A stretch of 64,000 nt of DNA, taken from an uncultured Acidimicrobiia bacterium (GTDB lineage: Bacteria; Acidobacteriota; Terriglobia; Versatilivoradales; Versatilivoraceae). Of the stretch, positions 1 to 11,635 are shown in pieces. The position numbers and the translations under genes were made by a program. The stretch is from contig CAWBAT010000009.1 of assembly GCA_963786955.1 (NCBI GenBank), positions 320,001 through 384,000 of the forward strand, read 5' to 3'. Numbering within the stretch: the first letter of the stretch is position 1; each line of letters opens with the position of its first letter. Under the pieces are notes generated by a model. That model worked only from the letters and a program-made list of their open reading frames with translations, did not search any database and was not told the DNA's origin.

Positions 1-891
1 TCAAGGTAGGGAATCTCGTCCAGATCCGTCCACGCGTATCCCAGCATGTTGGGGCCAATTCGGGCGGCGGAGGGAATCGAGCGGTCGTCCATCAGGCTCT
101 TCGGCGCTTTGCCGCTCCAATCAAACTCGCCCTCGGCTGCAATCATTTCGGGCTGGCGCTTGCGATAATCCGGATACGGAACCCCTCGATCGATCAATTT
201 ACGCTGGGGTTGGACGGCGCAGGCAACAGGTTGAAACGCAGCGCCCGCGTGTTCGCGCCAGGCGTTGGATTCGGAATGCAGGTGATAGACCTCGGAGAAC
301 GTGCGCTGAAACGTGTAGCGCTGAACCTTCTCAATGTGATGGGGAAGAAATTTGGCCTGAAAATGCTCCCCTTCGCCCGCGGTTGAAGCGAGAACCTCAG
401 ATTCCGTCACGACTTCTGCCTGAAGGAATGACGGCTCGTCCATCACATAATAGGCATTGACATTGTACCCGGCCACTTCCATGGCGACAAAATTTTGCCC
501 TTCACCAGCAGATCGGTAATATCCCAGAGATCAACGCGGGCATAATTAAGGGGCGCGCGGCCCGGTCCCCAGGCGTGAAATTTTCCATTCAGATAAAGCC
601 GGTAAAACGTGCAACCAGTCGCACGCAGATAAACGTTTTTCCCGGCGGGGGCTCGAACTCGGCACGGAACCCCACCCTGAGATTCATCTCTTTTTCCCTG
701 CCCGTGGGCCAGATGGGCTTGCCGGAGCGGAACACAACTTCAGACGAACTTGATGCCATTCCCTGCCCAGTTTTCTCTGTTCCGAAAGCCGGCAAGTTTC
801 CTGGTGAGGCCAGGGAGGCAAGAGTGGCCGCCACCGAACCACTCAGGAAATTTCTGCGGCTCAGGGATTCTTTCTTCCCGAGGTTCTTCAA
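1..891 (-). CDS. Tat-exported glycoside hydrolase-like protein (alpha-L-rhamnosidase/GH78-like N-terminal region); frameshifted, truncated by window start
   Basis: AAAGGAG RBS before TTG at 891; twin-arginine signal SRRNFLSG; frame-corrected translation gives FYRLYLNGKFHAWGPARAPLNYARVDLWDI...EVAGYNVN, resembling rhamnosidase N-terminal domains. Confidence 0.6.
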
Positions 892-1308
892 GATGAAACT
901 CCTTTTGGCATAGTCATAGTGCCTGCCTAGTTGCATCAATAAGCGATATTTACCAGGATTTCCATTTTGGCTCCTAGATTGGGCATAGCGTGTCACCCCC
1001 CCAATTCTTAATCCTCCGAAGCGCAGTTTTTCTCCGGGAGCCTTATTTTGCTTCTGCCAAGAGCCAAATTCCACCCACCGGAAAAACCGAAAACCGGGAA
1101 ACTACTTCTTTTCAGTGATTTCCTCAAACAAGCGGACGACTCCAAGAATAAGGCACAAAAAGGGTGTTAAATATGGCTGATAAATGGAAGACATCAGCAA
1201 GAATCTATAGAAAAACGGAAGGATTCGAGGAAAAGAACCAGATAATACTTACACTCCAAGGGTAATTTCTTCACGGTGTGTTTCTCCACCCATTAGGATT
1301 CTACTAAC

Positions 1309-1352
1309 AATAAACGGGTTATTTCCCCCCAGGTGCTGGAGACCGGCGTGCA
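1309..1352 (+). promoter_or_regulatory. Putative sigma-54 promoter with upstream IHF-like site
   Basis: TGGAGACCGGCGTGCA (GG-N10-GC) at 1337-1352; AATAAACGGGTTA at 1309-1321, one mismatch to WATCAANNNNTTR. Confidence 0.45.
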
Positions 1353-1382
1353 TGTTGGCTGAAGAACAAGAGAGGAACAGCC

Positions 1383-1502
1383 ATGCAGACACTCTACGAC
1401 CTAATTGGAATGGCCTTTGGAGTTACTATTTCTTTCGAACTTAGCCTTTGGGTCGGTCGCTGGCTGGTTGATTGTTTACTCCGCTTGTTGGCAAAATTCT
1501 GA
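1383..1502 (+). CDS. Small hydrophobic protein, 39 aa (MQTLYDLIGMAFGVTISFELSLWVGRWLVDCLLRLLAKF)
   Basis: ATG preceded by AGAGGA; hydrophobic ORF below the ORF-track cutoff; lies downstream of a -24/-12 motif. Confidence 0.5.
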   Translation: MQTLYDLIGMAFGVTISFELSLWVGRWLVDCLLRLLAKF

Positions 1503-1775
1503 AAGATATGCAGTGTTTACTTTTCTCGATATTGCCAGCCTTCCTGTTCCTGGCTGACGGTGGGGGGGCAGGCCTACAAACCCGAAGCGAGTCTTTTTAA
1601 ACAATGATCTTCCCCCGAGCAGATGGTCGCTGGGTGTCTTAAAAGAGCCTATTCACCCGGAAAAGATCTCGAGTTCAACGGCGATTTGAATCAAAGGTAT
1701 TCTTTCCCGATGAAATAAAACTGATCAAAACAGGCCAATGAACCCGCTTGCCGCATAGAGAAAATCCAAGCTTAT

Positions 1776-2736
1776 TTATAGATTCACGACGTTCTGTGGT
1801 CTTCCTTGCAGAAACGCGGCAACATTGGAAACAGCCACATCCATGAGACGTGAACGGGCCTCGAGAGTCGCCCAGGCGATATGGGGCGTGATCAAACAGT
1901 TTTTTGCAGACAACAGAGGATTATTCTCTCGTGGCGGTTCAATGGAAAGGACATCAAGTCCAGCGCCAGCAATCACGCCGGTGTTTAAGGCATCCGCCAA
2001 GTCCTGCGCTTTCACCAGAGGCCCTCGAGAAGAATTGATCAAGAAGGCTGTCGGTTTCATCAGCCGGAGACGTTCTGTGTTGATCATTCCTTCAGTGTCT
2101 GGGAACAAGGGACAATGGAGGGTGATGACATCGGCTTTTTGCAGCAACTCTTCCAAGGAAACCCAGGAAAAATGATTCAGTGGTCGGCGGTTCTCCTTGG
2201 ATACTGTCAAAGGCCAGAATTTCCATTCCAAAGGCATCGGCAATCTTAGCGACCTGCCTTCCAATCCGCCCAAATCCGACGATGCCCATCACTTTGCCTG
2301 CCAATTCCTTCAGTGGAGAGAGCCAGAAGCACCAATCCGCACTGCGTGACCATGCCCCTGATCGAACCGCGTCACTATGGACTCTGACGTTGTGACATAA
2401 CTCCAACAGCAGGGCGAAAGCAAACTGCGCGACCGAAGCCGTTCCATAGGTAGGAATGTTGGTAACCAGAATCTTCCTTTCCTTAGCGGCCTGCACATCC
2501 ACAATATTGTACCCTGTCGCCATGACCCCGATATAGCGGAGCAACGTGAGCTGGCTAATGGATGCTGCGGTTAAGGGAGTCTTATTGGTCAAGATTAGAT
2601 TCTGCTCCTTGACTCCGCTCCACGACCAAATCCGACGGGGTTCTATCGTAAACTTTACGTTGACAATTTTTTCCAAGGCCTTCCAGGACAAATCACCCGG
2701 GTTTAAGGCATAGCCGTCCAATACGACAAGATTCAT
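1776..2736 (-). CDS. D-2-hydroxyacid dehydrogenase (glycerate dehydrogenase/HprA-like), frameshifted
   Basis: VVLDGYALNPGDLSW start, GIVGFGRIG Rossmann motif, LHCPL, INSSRG, ITPHIAWAT; split over two ORFs. Confidence 0.85.
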
Positions 2737-2938
2737 ACTCGCACTCCTCCTTGTTCACTAAGTTGAAATGTCTATTTTATTCAATTGCTTTGTACTCGTT
2801 TTCAATCATTTCCAGCATGTTCCCACATGGCAATTCCCGTGAGTTTGGATCATAATGGGGGTGCGCGGCAAGAGCTTTGATTCGATGAAGTCTTGCTTCT
2901 CCAGTATAGCGACAATCATTTCAGAAGGCATTTGGCCT

Positions 2939-5900
2939 GTGCAACGGATTACGATTCGAACACTCCTCTTTCTCGTCTTGACCTCATTTGCGGGTGGGTT
3001 TTCTATTTTCCATGAAAATTTTGCCAGCTTTGCGAATTCTTTAGACGGTTCAGTCCAAGACAATTGATTTCGTGAAACAGGTTCAACCCATTCTCAATGC
3101 TCACTGTATCCGCTGTCATGGAGCCGCTGTTCAGATGGGACAACTCCGGTTGGACTCCAGGCAACTGGTGACCCAAGGAGGGATCTCCGGAAAAGCGCTG
3201 GTACCCGGCAAGAGTGTGGATAGCCTTCTGCTCCAGCGGATCCAGGGGCAGGAGGACAAAGCACGCATGCCGCTCGACTCTGAGCCCTTAAAGGACGAGC
3301 AAATCCAGCTTATCCGTGACTGGATCGATCAAGGAGCTCCCTGGCCAGAGGAAGCTTCAGTAGCGGATGCTAAAATCTCAACCCATTGGGCCTACCGCAA
3401 ACCGGTGAGACCCGATCTGCCCAGTGTGAAGAATTCTTCCTGGGTCCGCAATCCTATTGACAGTTTTGTCCTGGACAGGCTTGAAAAGGAGGGGCTGCGC
3501 CCTTCTCCGGAGGCGTCTAAAGAGGTGCTGCTCCGCCGCGTCACCCTCGACATCACTGGCCTCCCTCCTACGATCCAGGAGATTGAAGCGTTCCTGGCGG
3601 ACTCCAGCAAAGACGCATACAGCAAGGTTGTGGACCGATTGCTGGCCTCTCCTCATTATGGCGAGCGCTGGGCGCGACCGTGGCTCGACCTGGCGCGTTA
3701 TGCCGATACCAATGGGTATGAAAAAGATGCACGTAGAACAATGTGGCCTTATCGAGATTGGGTCATCAATGCCTTAAACAAAGACATCCCTTTCACCGAA
3801 TTCACAATTGAGCAGTTAGCTGGCGACTTATTGCCAGGAGCTAGTCCCGAACAGAAGATTGCGACGGGGTTTCATCGCAATACCATGACCAACGAGGAAG
3901 ATGGTGTTGATAAGGAAGAAGCCCGTTGGATGCAGATTGTGGATCGAGTCAACACAACAGCAACGGTTTGGCTGGGAACTACCCTGGGCTGCGCTCAATG
4001 TCATAATCACAAATATGACCCATTTACCCAGAAGGATTACTACCGCATTTTCGCATTTTTTGAAAATTCCGAATACCGCTTGGATGGAGTCGGGACTAGC
4101 CATGTGAAACTCGTGGAGCCCATTCTGGAGTTGCCGGATCCGGAGAATGCGGCGCGCCGTAAGGCATTGACTGAGGAGATCGCTCATACAGAAGAAAGGC
4201 TGACCACCCAGACCCACGAATTGGACACAGCCCTGGAACTCTGGGAGAACCAAGAGTCGCCGAAACAAGCTGCCTGGCATAACCTGGAGCCCGCCCAGTT
4301 CACTTTTAGTGGTAGTGCCTATTTTTGGCCGGCGGAAAATAAGTCCCTGCTCGTGGCGACTTGGTCGGAGAAAGTAAACTACACTTTGGTTATCCCCACT
4401 TCGCTCAGCAGAATCACGGCCTTCCAGCTGGAGGTTCTTCCTGACCCTTCTCTTCCGGCACTGGGGCCCGGCCTTCACAGAGACGGGAATTTCGTGCTGA
4501 CCTCCTTTAAAGTCGAATTGGCGCAGAAAGGGAAACCCAACGCACCGATCACACTCATCAATCCTCAGGCCGATTTCTCGCAGCCCGGTTTCGCGATTTC
4601 CGGGGTGCTCGATGATAATCCCGAAACGGGCTGGTCGATTGCGCCCCAAACAGGAAAAGCACATCACGCCGTGATTCAAACAGCCTGTCCGCTGGAAATC
4701 CCAGCGGGCGCTTCACTTATCTTCACTTTGGGGCACCAGTACCCTTCCGATTTCGCAGCTATCGGCCGCTTTCGTCTTTCGGCGTCAACAATCCCCGGGG
4801 TTCTCCCCGCGCAACCTCTTCCTGATGAGATACGCGAGATTCTCACCTTCACCCGAGATCATCGTACCCCGACAGAAAAGAAACAGCTGGAAACCTATTA
4901 CCGATCCATCTCCCCTTTACTCCAAGCGGAAAGAGATCGCTTGGCCCAATTGAAGAAGACCCTGCAGGAAATCCAGCCTATCACGGCGCTCGTTATGCAG
5001 GAAAAAGCATCCTCCGACAACCCTGCAACGTTCTTGCGGATCAAAGGGGCCTATTTAAGCAAGGGAGAAAGAGTAGAGGCTGGAGTCCCGGCATCCCTTC
5101 ATCCGTTAGCGGGGAACCTCTCACCGAATCGTTTCGCACTCGCCCGCTGGCTCGTGGATGAAGAGAATCCACTCGTTGCGCGTGTCACCGTCAACCGTTT
5201 ATGGGAGCAGGTCTTTGGTCGGGGCATCGTCGAGACCACGGAGGATTTTGGGACCAAAGGCGACAAGCCATCCCATCCGGAATTGCTCGATTGGCTGGCC
5301 ACCGAGTTCGTGCGTCAGGGGTGGAGCTTGAAGGCAATCCTGCGGGTCATCGTGACTTCGGCAACCTATCGACAGTCTTCACAGATTTCGCCGGAATGGC
5401 TGGAAAGGGACCCCTATAACAAGCTGCTCGCCCGCGGGCCGCGATTTCGATTAGAGGCCGAGATGATTCGAGACACGGCCCTGGCTGCCAGCGGTTTACT
5501 GAGCCTCAGGGTGGGAGGACCCAGCGTATTTCCCTATCAACCGGAAGGGATCTGGTCTCTGCCCTACAATCCGGACAAGTGGGTGAACGACGAAGGAGAA
5601 AACCGCTACCGACGGGGAATCTACACTTTTTGGCGCCGGACAGTTCCCTATCCGAGTTTCATCTCCTATGACGCAACCAGCCGAGAATTTTGTACGGCCC
5701 GTCGTATCCGAACAAGCACGCCTCTGCAGGCCCTCACCTCCTTGAACGACCCGGCTTTTTTTGAAGCCGCCCAAGCCCTGGCGCGACGATTGATCAAAGA
5801 GGGAGGACCGGACGCTCAATCGCGTATTCGTTATGGCTACCAATTGTGCACGGCTCGTAAACCGGACCCGCTTGCCGTCGACTCTTTGATGGAACTTTAC

Positions 5901-6062
5901 CAGCAGGAAGTAAATCGTTATAGCCGGGATCCTCGAGCCGCCAGCCAGGTCGCAGGGGCAAAGCTGGAAAACATGCAAAGCCCGGAGCTCTCGAAGTTAG
6001 CGGCACTAACTGTCATTTCAAACGTTCTTTTCAATTTAGATCAGGCGCTAACGAAAGACTGA
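2939..6062 (+). CDS. Planctomycete-type cytochrome c / DUF1549 / DUF1553 (PSD1) domain protein
   Basis: CIRCH and [11 protein letters not shown] heme motifs, [37 protein letters not shown]; signal peptide in another frame (2939-3060), frameshift near 3062. Confidence 0.9.
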
Positions 6063-6224
6063 ATCATCAGAAAAAGTGGAGGCTGATTCAAACCAGTCTT
6101 CGAAATGAATGATACTCAGTTGTCATCAATTGGATCCAGAGAGTCGAGGGAACCCCTCCAGCGGAAGAGAATTCAGACTGTCACCGTTTGAATGCAACTG
6201 GGAATGAGATCGGAGTCGAGATTG

Positions 6225-7685
6225 ATGAGAAGAACAAACACAGCTCTTCAGAAAATTACACGGCGGCATTTTTTTCTGAACACAGGTTTCGGCATCGGGG
6301 GTATGGCACTTTCCTGCCTCTCCAATCTTAGCCTCCGGGCGGAATCATCGGGGCAGCCAATCTTGCCCATCAATCCTCTTGCCCCAAAGCCGCCACAATT
6401 TGCCCCGAAAGCCAAGAACATCATTTATCTGTTTATGGCCGGGGCGCCCTCGCAACTGGATCTCCTGGATTACAAGCCAAAGCTCAATGAGTTAAATGGA
6501 CAGAAAATCCCGGACGAGTTTGTCAAAGGAGAACGCTTCGCATTCATCAAGGGAAGTCCCAAGCTGTTGGGGTCGCCCCACTCGTTCCAACGCTACGGGC
6601 AATCCGGTGCAGAAGTTTCCAATCTCATGCCTCAGCTTGCGACGATTGTCGATGACATCGCTGTGGTCAAGTCGATGTATACCGATCATTTCAATCATGC
6701 CCCGGCCCAGATTTTCCTGAATACCGGAGCTCAAGTTCCCGGCCGCCCGAGCTTGGGCGCTTGGCTTACCTACGGCATTGGCAGCCTGAACAGGGACCTC
6801 CCTGGTTTTGTGGTGCTTCTTTCCGGTGAAAACAATCCCGACGGGGGCAAGACTTGCTGGGGGAGCGGTTTCCTGCCTGCCACTTATCAAGGAGTCGAAT
6901 TTCGATCGAAAGGAGACCCCGTCTTGTTTCTTTCGAATCCCGAAGGGATGCGCCCAGAGGACCGCCGTCGCTCTTTGGACACGCTCCGAAGACTGAATCA
7001 TCAAGAATTCGAAGAGGTTGGAGATCCTGCGATTCAAGCCCGAATCGCCTCTTACGAGCTATCTTATCGAATGCAGTCGAGCGTGCCGGAGCTCATGGAA
7101 ATTTCTAAAGAACCCAGAGCCATCCATGACATGTACGGGACGGAGCCGGGGAAGGCCACCTTTGCAAATAACTGCCTCTTGGCCCGGAGGCTGGTCGAGC
7201 GCGGAGTTCGTTTTGTCCAGCTTTATCACCGGGGCTGGGACCATCACGGTGAGATTCAAAACAAAGATATTGTCACGGGGCTCCAACAGCTATGCCGGCA
7301 AACCGATCAGGCAGCAGCAGCGCTGGTTCGCGACCTCAAGCAGCGCGGTTTACTGGAAAGCACTTTAGTAGTCTGGGGAGGCGAGTTTGGCCGAACTCCG
7401 ATGAATGAGGAACGGGACGGCTCGAAGTTTCTGGGACGAGACCATCACGCCAAAGCGTTCAGCATCTGGCTGGCTGGAGGAGGAATCCAGTCAGGCATCA
7501 CGCTGGGTCAAACGGATGAGTTTGGTTACAATATCGTAGAAGATCCTGTGCATGTGCACGACTTGCACGCCACGATTCTTCACTTGATGGGATTAGACCA
7601 TACAAAATTAACGTATCGCTTCCAAGGACGCGATTTTCGACTGACCGATATCCACGGGAATGTCATCCAGAAGCTGCTGGCATGA
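6225..7685 (+). CDS. DUF1501 family protein (Tat-exported, sulfatase-like)
   Basis: TRRHFF Tat motif, [57 protein letters not shown]. Confidence 0.92.
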   Translation: MRRTNTALQKITRRHFFLNTGFGIGGMALSCLSNLSLRAESSGQPILPINPLAPKPPQFAPKAKNIIYLFMAGAPSQLDLLDYKPKLNELNGQKIPDEFVKGERFAFIKGSPKLLGSPHSFQRYGQSGAEVSNLMPQLATIVDDIAVVKSMYTDHFNHAPAQIFLNTGAQVPGRPSLGAWLTYGIGSLNRDLPGFVVLLSGENNPDGGKTCWGSGFLPATYQGVEFRSKGDPVLFLSNPEGMRPEDRRRSLDTLRRLNHQEFEEVGDPAIQARIASYELSYRMQSSVPELMEISKEPRAIHDMYGTEPGKATFANNCLLARRLVERGVRFVQLYHRGWDHHGEIQNKDIVTGLQQLCRQTDQAAAALVRDLKQRGLLESTLVVWGGEFGRTPMNEERDGSKFLGRDHHAKAFSIWLAGGGIQSGITLGQTDEFGYNIVEDPVHVHDLHATILHLMGLDHTKLTYRFQGRDFRLTDIHGNVIQKLLA

Positions 7686-7809
7686 GTACTCTCTTTTCAC
7701 AACAGCCTGGAGGGCGCCCTGAAAAGAGATGCCGGCTCGGGGACTTTGCTTGCAATCATCAGGCCGTCCGAAATGGTTGACGTGCTCTAGGTTTCCCGAA
7801 AGGGGTTCT

Positions 7810-8793
7810 TCAGTAAACTCCTTCCTCCATCAAGCGCTTGACTTCAGGTAGGTCTCGCGTCTGACCGAGGACAACCATCAGCTTGATCCGCGCCTTTAAG
7901 CCGGGTAAGAAGCCTGCAAAAATGACGCCCCGCTTGCGCAAATCTCTCCCACTGCCTTCATATCCGTAGGTATCCAATACCCGGCCTTGAGGACACCGGG
8001 TCGCGATGACGACGGGAATGCCCTGGTCGATGGCAGTTTGAATTCCAAGAAGAACCTGGGGTGGCACATTTCCGCGCCCCGTACCCTCGATGACCAGCCC
8101 GTTCGCACCCCCTTCGATAACCCAGCGTACGAGTCGATCATCACTGCCTGCTACCATCTTCAGGAGGTCCACGCGCGGTTCAATGCGCTCTGCGAGGAAA
8201 CTTTGTCTTCGAACGATCTGCCGCATCCAAAGAATACGGTCCTGATCCACGATTCCCAAAGGGCCAAAGTTCGGGCTCTGAAATGTATTCAATGATTCGC
8301 TGTGGGTCTTGGTGGCTTCTGAGGCAGCCAGAATCTGCCCATTCATGACGACTAATACTCCCTGAAGAGCCGGCTTCCCCTCCAGAACCACGCGAACTGC
8401 AGCTTTCAAATTAGCAGGCCCATCCCATCCCAACTCAGAACTGTTTCGCATGGCTCCGACAATTGCCACAGGCTTTGAAGTCCGGAGACGCAGGTCGAGC
8501 AGGAAAGCGGTCTCCTCGAGCGTATCGGTCCCATGGGTGATGACCACTCCATGAACATCCTTCCGCCCGAGTTGCTGATTCAAGACCTCTGAAAGCTCGA
8601 ACATGAGTTCGGGTGTCACGTGTGGCCCGGGAAGCCTGGAGAAATCCACGATTTCACAATTGCAGAGCTGGTCTAACCCCGGAACAAAGGAAAGGATTTC
8701 TTCGCCGGAAAGAACAGGAATGGCGACACCCAATTCCGGGTCAATCTTCATGGAGATCGTACCGCCAGTGAAAAGGAATAGGACTTTTTTCAT
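7810..8793 (-). CDS. L-asparaginase
   Basis: TGGTISM and HGTDTLEET catalytic motifs. Confidence 0.9.
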   Translation of the reverse strand: MKKVLFLFTGGTISMKIDPELGVAIPVLSGEEILSFVPGLDQLCNCEIVDFSRLPGPHVTPELMFELSEVLNQQLGRKDVHGVVITHGTDTLEETAFLLDLRLRTSKPVAIVGAMRNSSELGWDGPANLKAAVRVVLEGKPALQGVLVVMNGQILAASEATKTHSESLNTFQSPNFGPLGIVDQDRILWMRQIVRRQSFLAERIEPRVDLLKMVAGSDDRLVRWVIEGGANGLVIEGTGRGNVPPQVLLGIQTAIDQGIPVVIATRCPQGRVLDTYGYEGSGRDLRKRGVIFAGFLPGLKARIKLMVVLGQTRDLPEVKRLMEEGVY

Positions 8794-8926
8794 AGCAAAC
8801 CTTCACCCTCAGTGCGAGATTTTCTGGCAAAATAACTTAAATCAACTCACCATACTTTGTCGCAAAGTTTTCTCATTCTCTTACACAGCATGTCTCATTT
8901 GTCATCGTTCATTTTGCATTTATCTT

Positions 8927-10135
8927 TTAAGACAAAATCCTTTTCTTAGCCAGAATCAGTGCCGTGTCAAGCTGGTCCACTTTCTTCCCTCCCCCCTGGG
9001 CCATGTTTCTGGAACCTCCCCCCTTCCCTTCGATGAGCTTACAGGATTCAGCCAGCAGATTCCGAAGATCATATGGTGATGATTCCGACTGGGAAAAGAT
9101 CAGGTTCGCTTGCCCTCCCCAACGGCACCCGAGCAACGCAATGAAGGGGCCTTGCTCATGGAGTGCCTGAATCATGAGCTTCAAGAACTCTGTCTCTTCA
9201 TCCTCAAAAAGCTCTTGGACAATCCTGAAGCCTTGATGTTCTTTAGCCAAACGATAAAGTTCCCGGGCGAGAAGGCTTGCCAGAACCTTGTTTTTGTCCT
9301 GCAATTTCTTGCGCAGGCTCTTGTTCTCTTGAATTTGCTTCTCAACGCGTTCCGGGACATCAGCCAAACCGACCGAGAATTGACGCGCGACCGCCGTCAG
9401 AGTCTCCAGATCGGACCGGTGAGTATTCAGCATGCGTTTTCCACAAACAAATTCCACTCGAACTTGACGGTTCACCCGTTCTGTCTTTCGAATCACGACG
9501 CTTCCGACTTCGGCCGTCTGCCTGACATGTGTTCCACCGCATGCGGACACATCGAAGTCTTCGATGCTCACAATCCGCAAGGGACCTTGACGCTGGCTTT
9601 CCTTACGCAGTCCCAGTTGCGGGACCTCTTCCGGAGTAACGATTCGGCTGGAGACGTTTCGATTCTCAGAAACGATTTCGTTGACCAGTTTTTCCGCTGC
9701 GCTGAGCTGCGAGAGGGTGACCCAGTCTGTATCCAAATCGATCGTGGCATAGTCGGAACTCAAATGAAACCCGATGGTGTTAAAGCGTGCGGTTGTCAGG
9801 AAAGCTTGAGAGAGGAGGTGTTGACCGGTGTGCTGCTGCATGTGGTCATGGCGACGCTCCCAATCAATCAGGCCCGTCGGGCGTTCAGCGGCGACTTCAT
9901 GACGCACGAGATGGACAACATTTCGATTGTCATCTTCAAAAACATCAAGGATCTCTTGCTCCCCAAGCCTTCCCAGATCATTGGGTTGACCGCCGGAGGT
10001 CGGGTAGAAGGCGGTCTGATCTAGGATGATGGCAAATCCACCATTCTTAGGGGTTGATGAGAGCCTTTCCGCTACAAACGTTTTTAAGTAGCTATCAGGA
10101 TAATAAAGCCGTTCGGTCATGGGATCGGAATGCAA
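8927..10135 (-). CDS. Alanyl-tRNA editing protein (AlaX-L type with DHHA1 domain)
   Basis: FYPTSGGQPND, HMQQHTGQHLLS, CGGTH zinc motifs; C-terminal GKGGG..AQGGG. Confidence 0.88.
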   Translation of the reverse strand: MHSDPMTERLYYPDSYLKTFVAERLSSTPKNGGFAIILDQTAFYPTSGGQPNDLGRLGEQEILDVFEDDNRNVVHLVRHEVAAERPTGLIDWERRHDHMQQHTGQHLLSQAFLTTARFNTIGFHLSSDYATIDLDTDWVTLSQLSAAEKLVNEIVSENRNVSSRIVTPEEVPQLGLRKESQRQGPLRIVSIEDFDVSACGGTHVRQTAEVGSVVIRKTERVNRQVRVEFVCGKRMLNTHRSDLETLTAVARQFSVGLADVPERVEKQIQENKSLRKKLQDKNKVLASLLARELYRLAKEHQGFRIVQELFEDEETEFLKLMIQALHEQGPFIALLGCRWGGQANLIFSQSESSPYDLRNLLAESCKLIEGKGGGSRNMAQGGGKKVDQLDTALILAKKRILS

Positions 10136-10155
10136 AAGTGGATCCTAACGATTTT

Positions 10156-11373
10156 TCAATTGTCACATTTTCCAAACAGGTGTTGGTATTTCAAACCAGA
10201 TCCCGTATTAAACAAGACGACCTCTTGATTTGGCTCAACGAATCCGGACCTCAGGAGTTTTCTCAGCGCAGAAACCGCAGCGGCTCCTTCGGGGGCAAGA
10301 AAAATTCCTTCGCAGGTCCCCGTCAGCCTGACGTCTTCCATCATCTCGGAATCCGTCACGGCAACGGCCGTTCCCTGACTCTGACGAAGGATCCGCAGCA
10401 TCATGAAGTCTCCGATGGCCTTAGGGACCCTCAACCCAGATGCGAGGGTGGTTGCTCCCTCCCATGCCTCAGCCCGCTCTTTGTTTTCCTGGAAAGCTTT
10501 GACGATTGGGGCACAGCCGGATGCCTGAACGGAAACCATCCGCGGCCTGCGCGAATCGATCCAACCCAATGCCTCCATTTCGTCGAATGCTTTCCACATC
10601 CCAATCAGGCCCGTCCCTCCGCCAGTCGGATAAATAATCACATCGGGAAGATGCCATCCCAGCTGCTCGGCAAGCTCCAATCCCAGGGTCTTCTTCCCTT
10701 CGACGCGGTAAGGCTCTTTTAGTGTGGAAACGTCAAACCATCCTTCCAGGTCTTTGCGTTCTGCAATTTGCTTTCCGCACTCCGTGATGAGCCCGTTAAC
10801 CAGCACGACCCGAGCCCCGGCAATCTCACATTCGATGCGATTCGCTGGCGGGCTATCGCGGGGCATGAAGATATGGGCCTCAAGCCCTCCGCGGGCGGCA
10901 TAGGCAGCTAGCGCCCCAGCGGCATTGCCGGCAGATGGGATTGCCAGCTTCTTGGCCCCAAGCACTTTTGCCATGCTGACAGCAACCGAAAGTCCGCGCG
11001 CTTTGAATGAACCCGTCGGGTTTAGGGATTCATCTTTGATCCATAACTTCTCGAGGCCAAAAGTTTTTCCCAGCCCGGGGACCGACAATAATGGAGTCCA
11101 TCCTTCTCCAAGTGAGAGGATATCCTCCGGCCTCTCAACCGGTAGAAGTTCCTTATAGCGCCACATCGTTGCCGGGCGGTGCCCTATCTGATCGGGCCGC
11201 AGAACCTGCTGTACACTCTTCAAATCATATCGAACCAGCAGTGGAGAACCGCAACGGCAAAGGTTAATGAGCTGCATGACAGGATACTGAATCTGACACA
11301 AGCTGCATTCGAGGTGAGTGGCGAACGGCATCTTTTCGGGTGAAAGGGATTGGAAATATTGTGAAACAGCCAA
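10156..11373 (-). CDS. thrC: Threonine synthase
   Basis: N-terminal CxxC..CxC, NPTGSFKARG PLP lysine, SAGNA, PTGGGTG, FNTGSGLKY. Confidence 0.85.
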   Translation of the reverse strand: MAVSQYFQSLSPEKMPFATHLECSLCQIQYPVMQLINLCRCGSPLLVRYDLKSVQQVLRPDQIGHRPATMWRYKELLPVERPEDILSLGEGWTPLLSVPGLGKTFGLEKLWIKDESLNPTGSFKARGLSVAVSMAKVLGAKKLAIPSAGNAAGALAAYAARGGLEAHIFMPRDSPPANRIECEIAGARVVLVNGLITECGKQIAERKDLEGWFDVSTLKEPYRVEGKKTLGLELAEQLGWHLPDVIIYPTGGGTGLIGMWKAFDEMEALGWIDSRRPRMVSVQASGCAPIVKAFQENKERAEAWEGATTLASGLRVPKAIGDFMMLRILRQSQGTAVAVTDSEMMEDVRLTGTCEGIFLAPEGAAAVSALRKLLRSGFVEPNQEVVLFNTGSGLKYQHLFGKCDN

Positions 11374-11635
11374 TAGTATAGCCTATTGTGAATCAATTTC
11401 AATTTTGTACATGGGGAATGAATCTATCCTTGCGTTCAAAATCGCCTTGGTTTACACTTCTGACCTTTGTAACGCTCCAAAGCTTGGAGATCTAAAGGGG
11501 TTGTGTCATTGATTGAAGTATGCCAGTGTTACGAAGATGATCGATCCAATTAAGCCATCTTAAGGCAATAAGGGTATTGCTTACCCGAAGAAAAACCCCG
11601 TGAAACCGGGTTTGATTTAAAGGAGGTAGAAAATT

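Noticed and set aside
3828-4679. Long antisense or alternative-frame ORFs (e.g. 3828-4679, 9110-10024, 27991-28818)
   Set aside because: They shadow well-supported genes and lack motifs or an RBS
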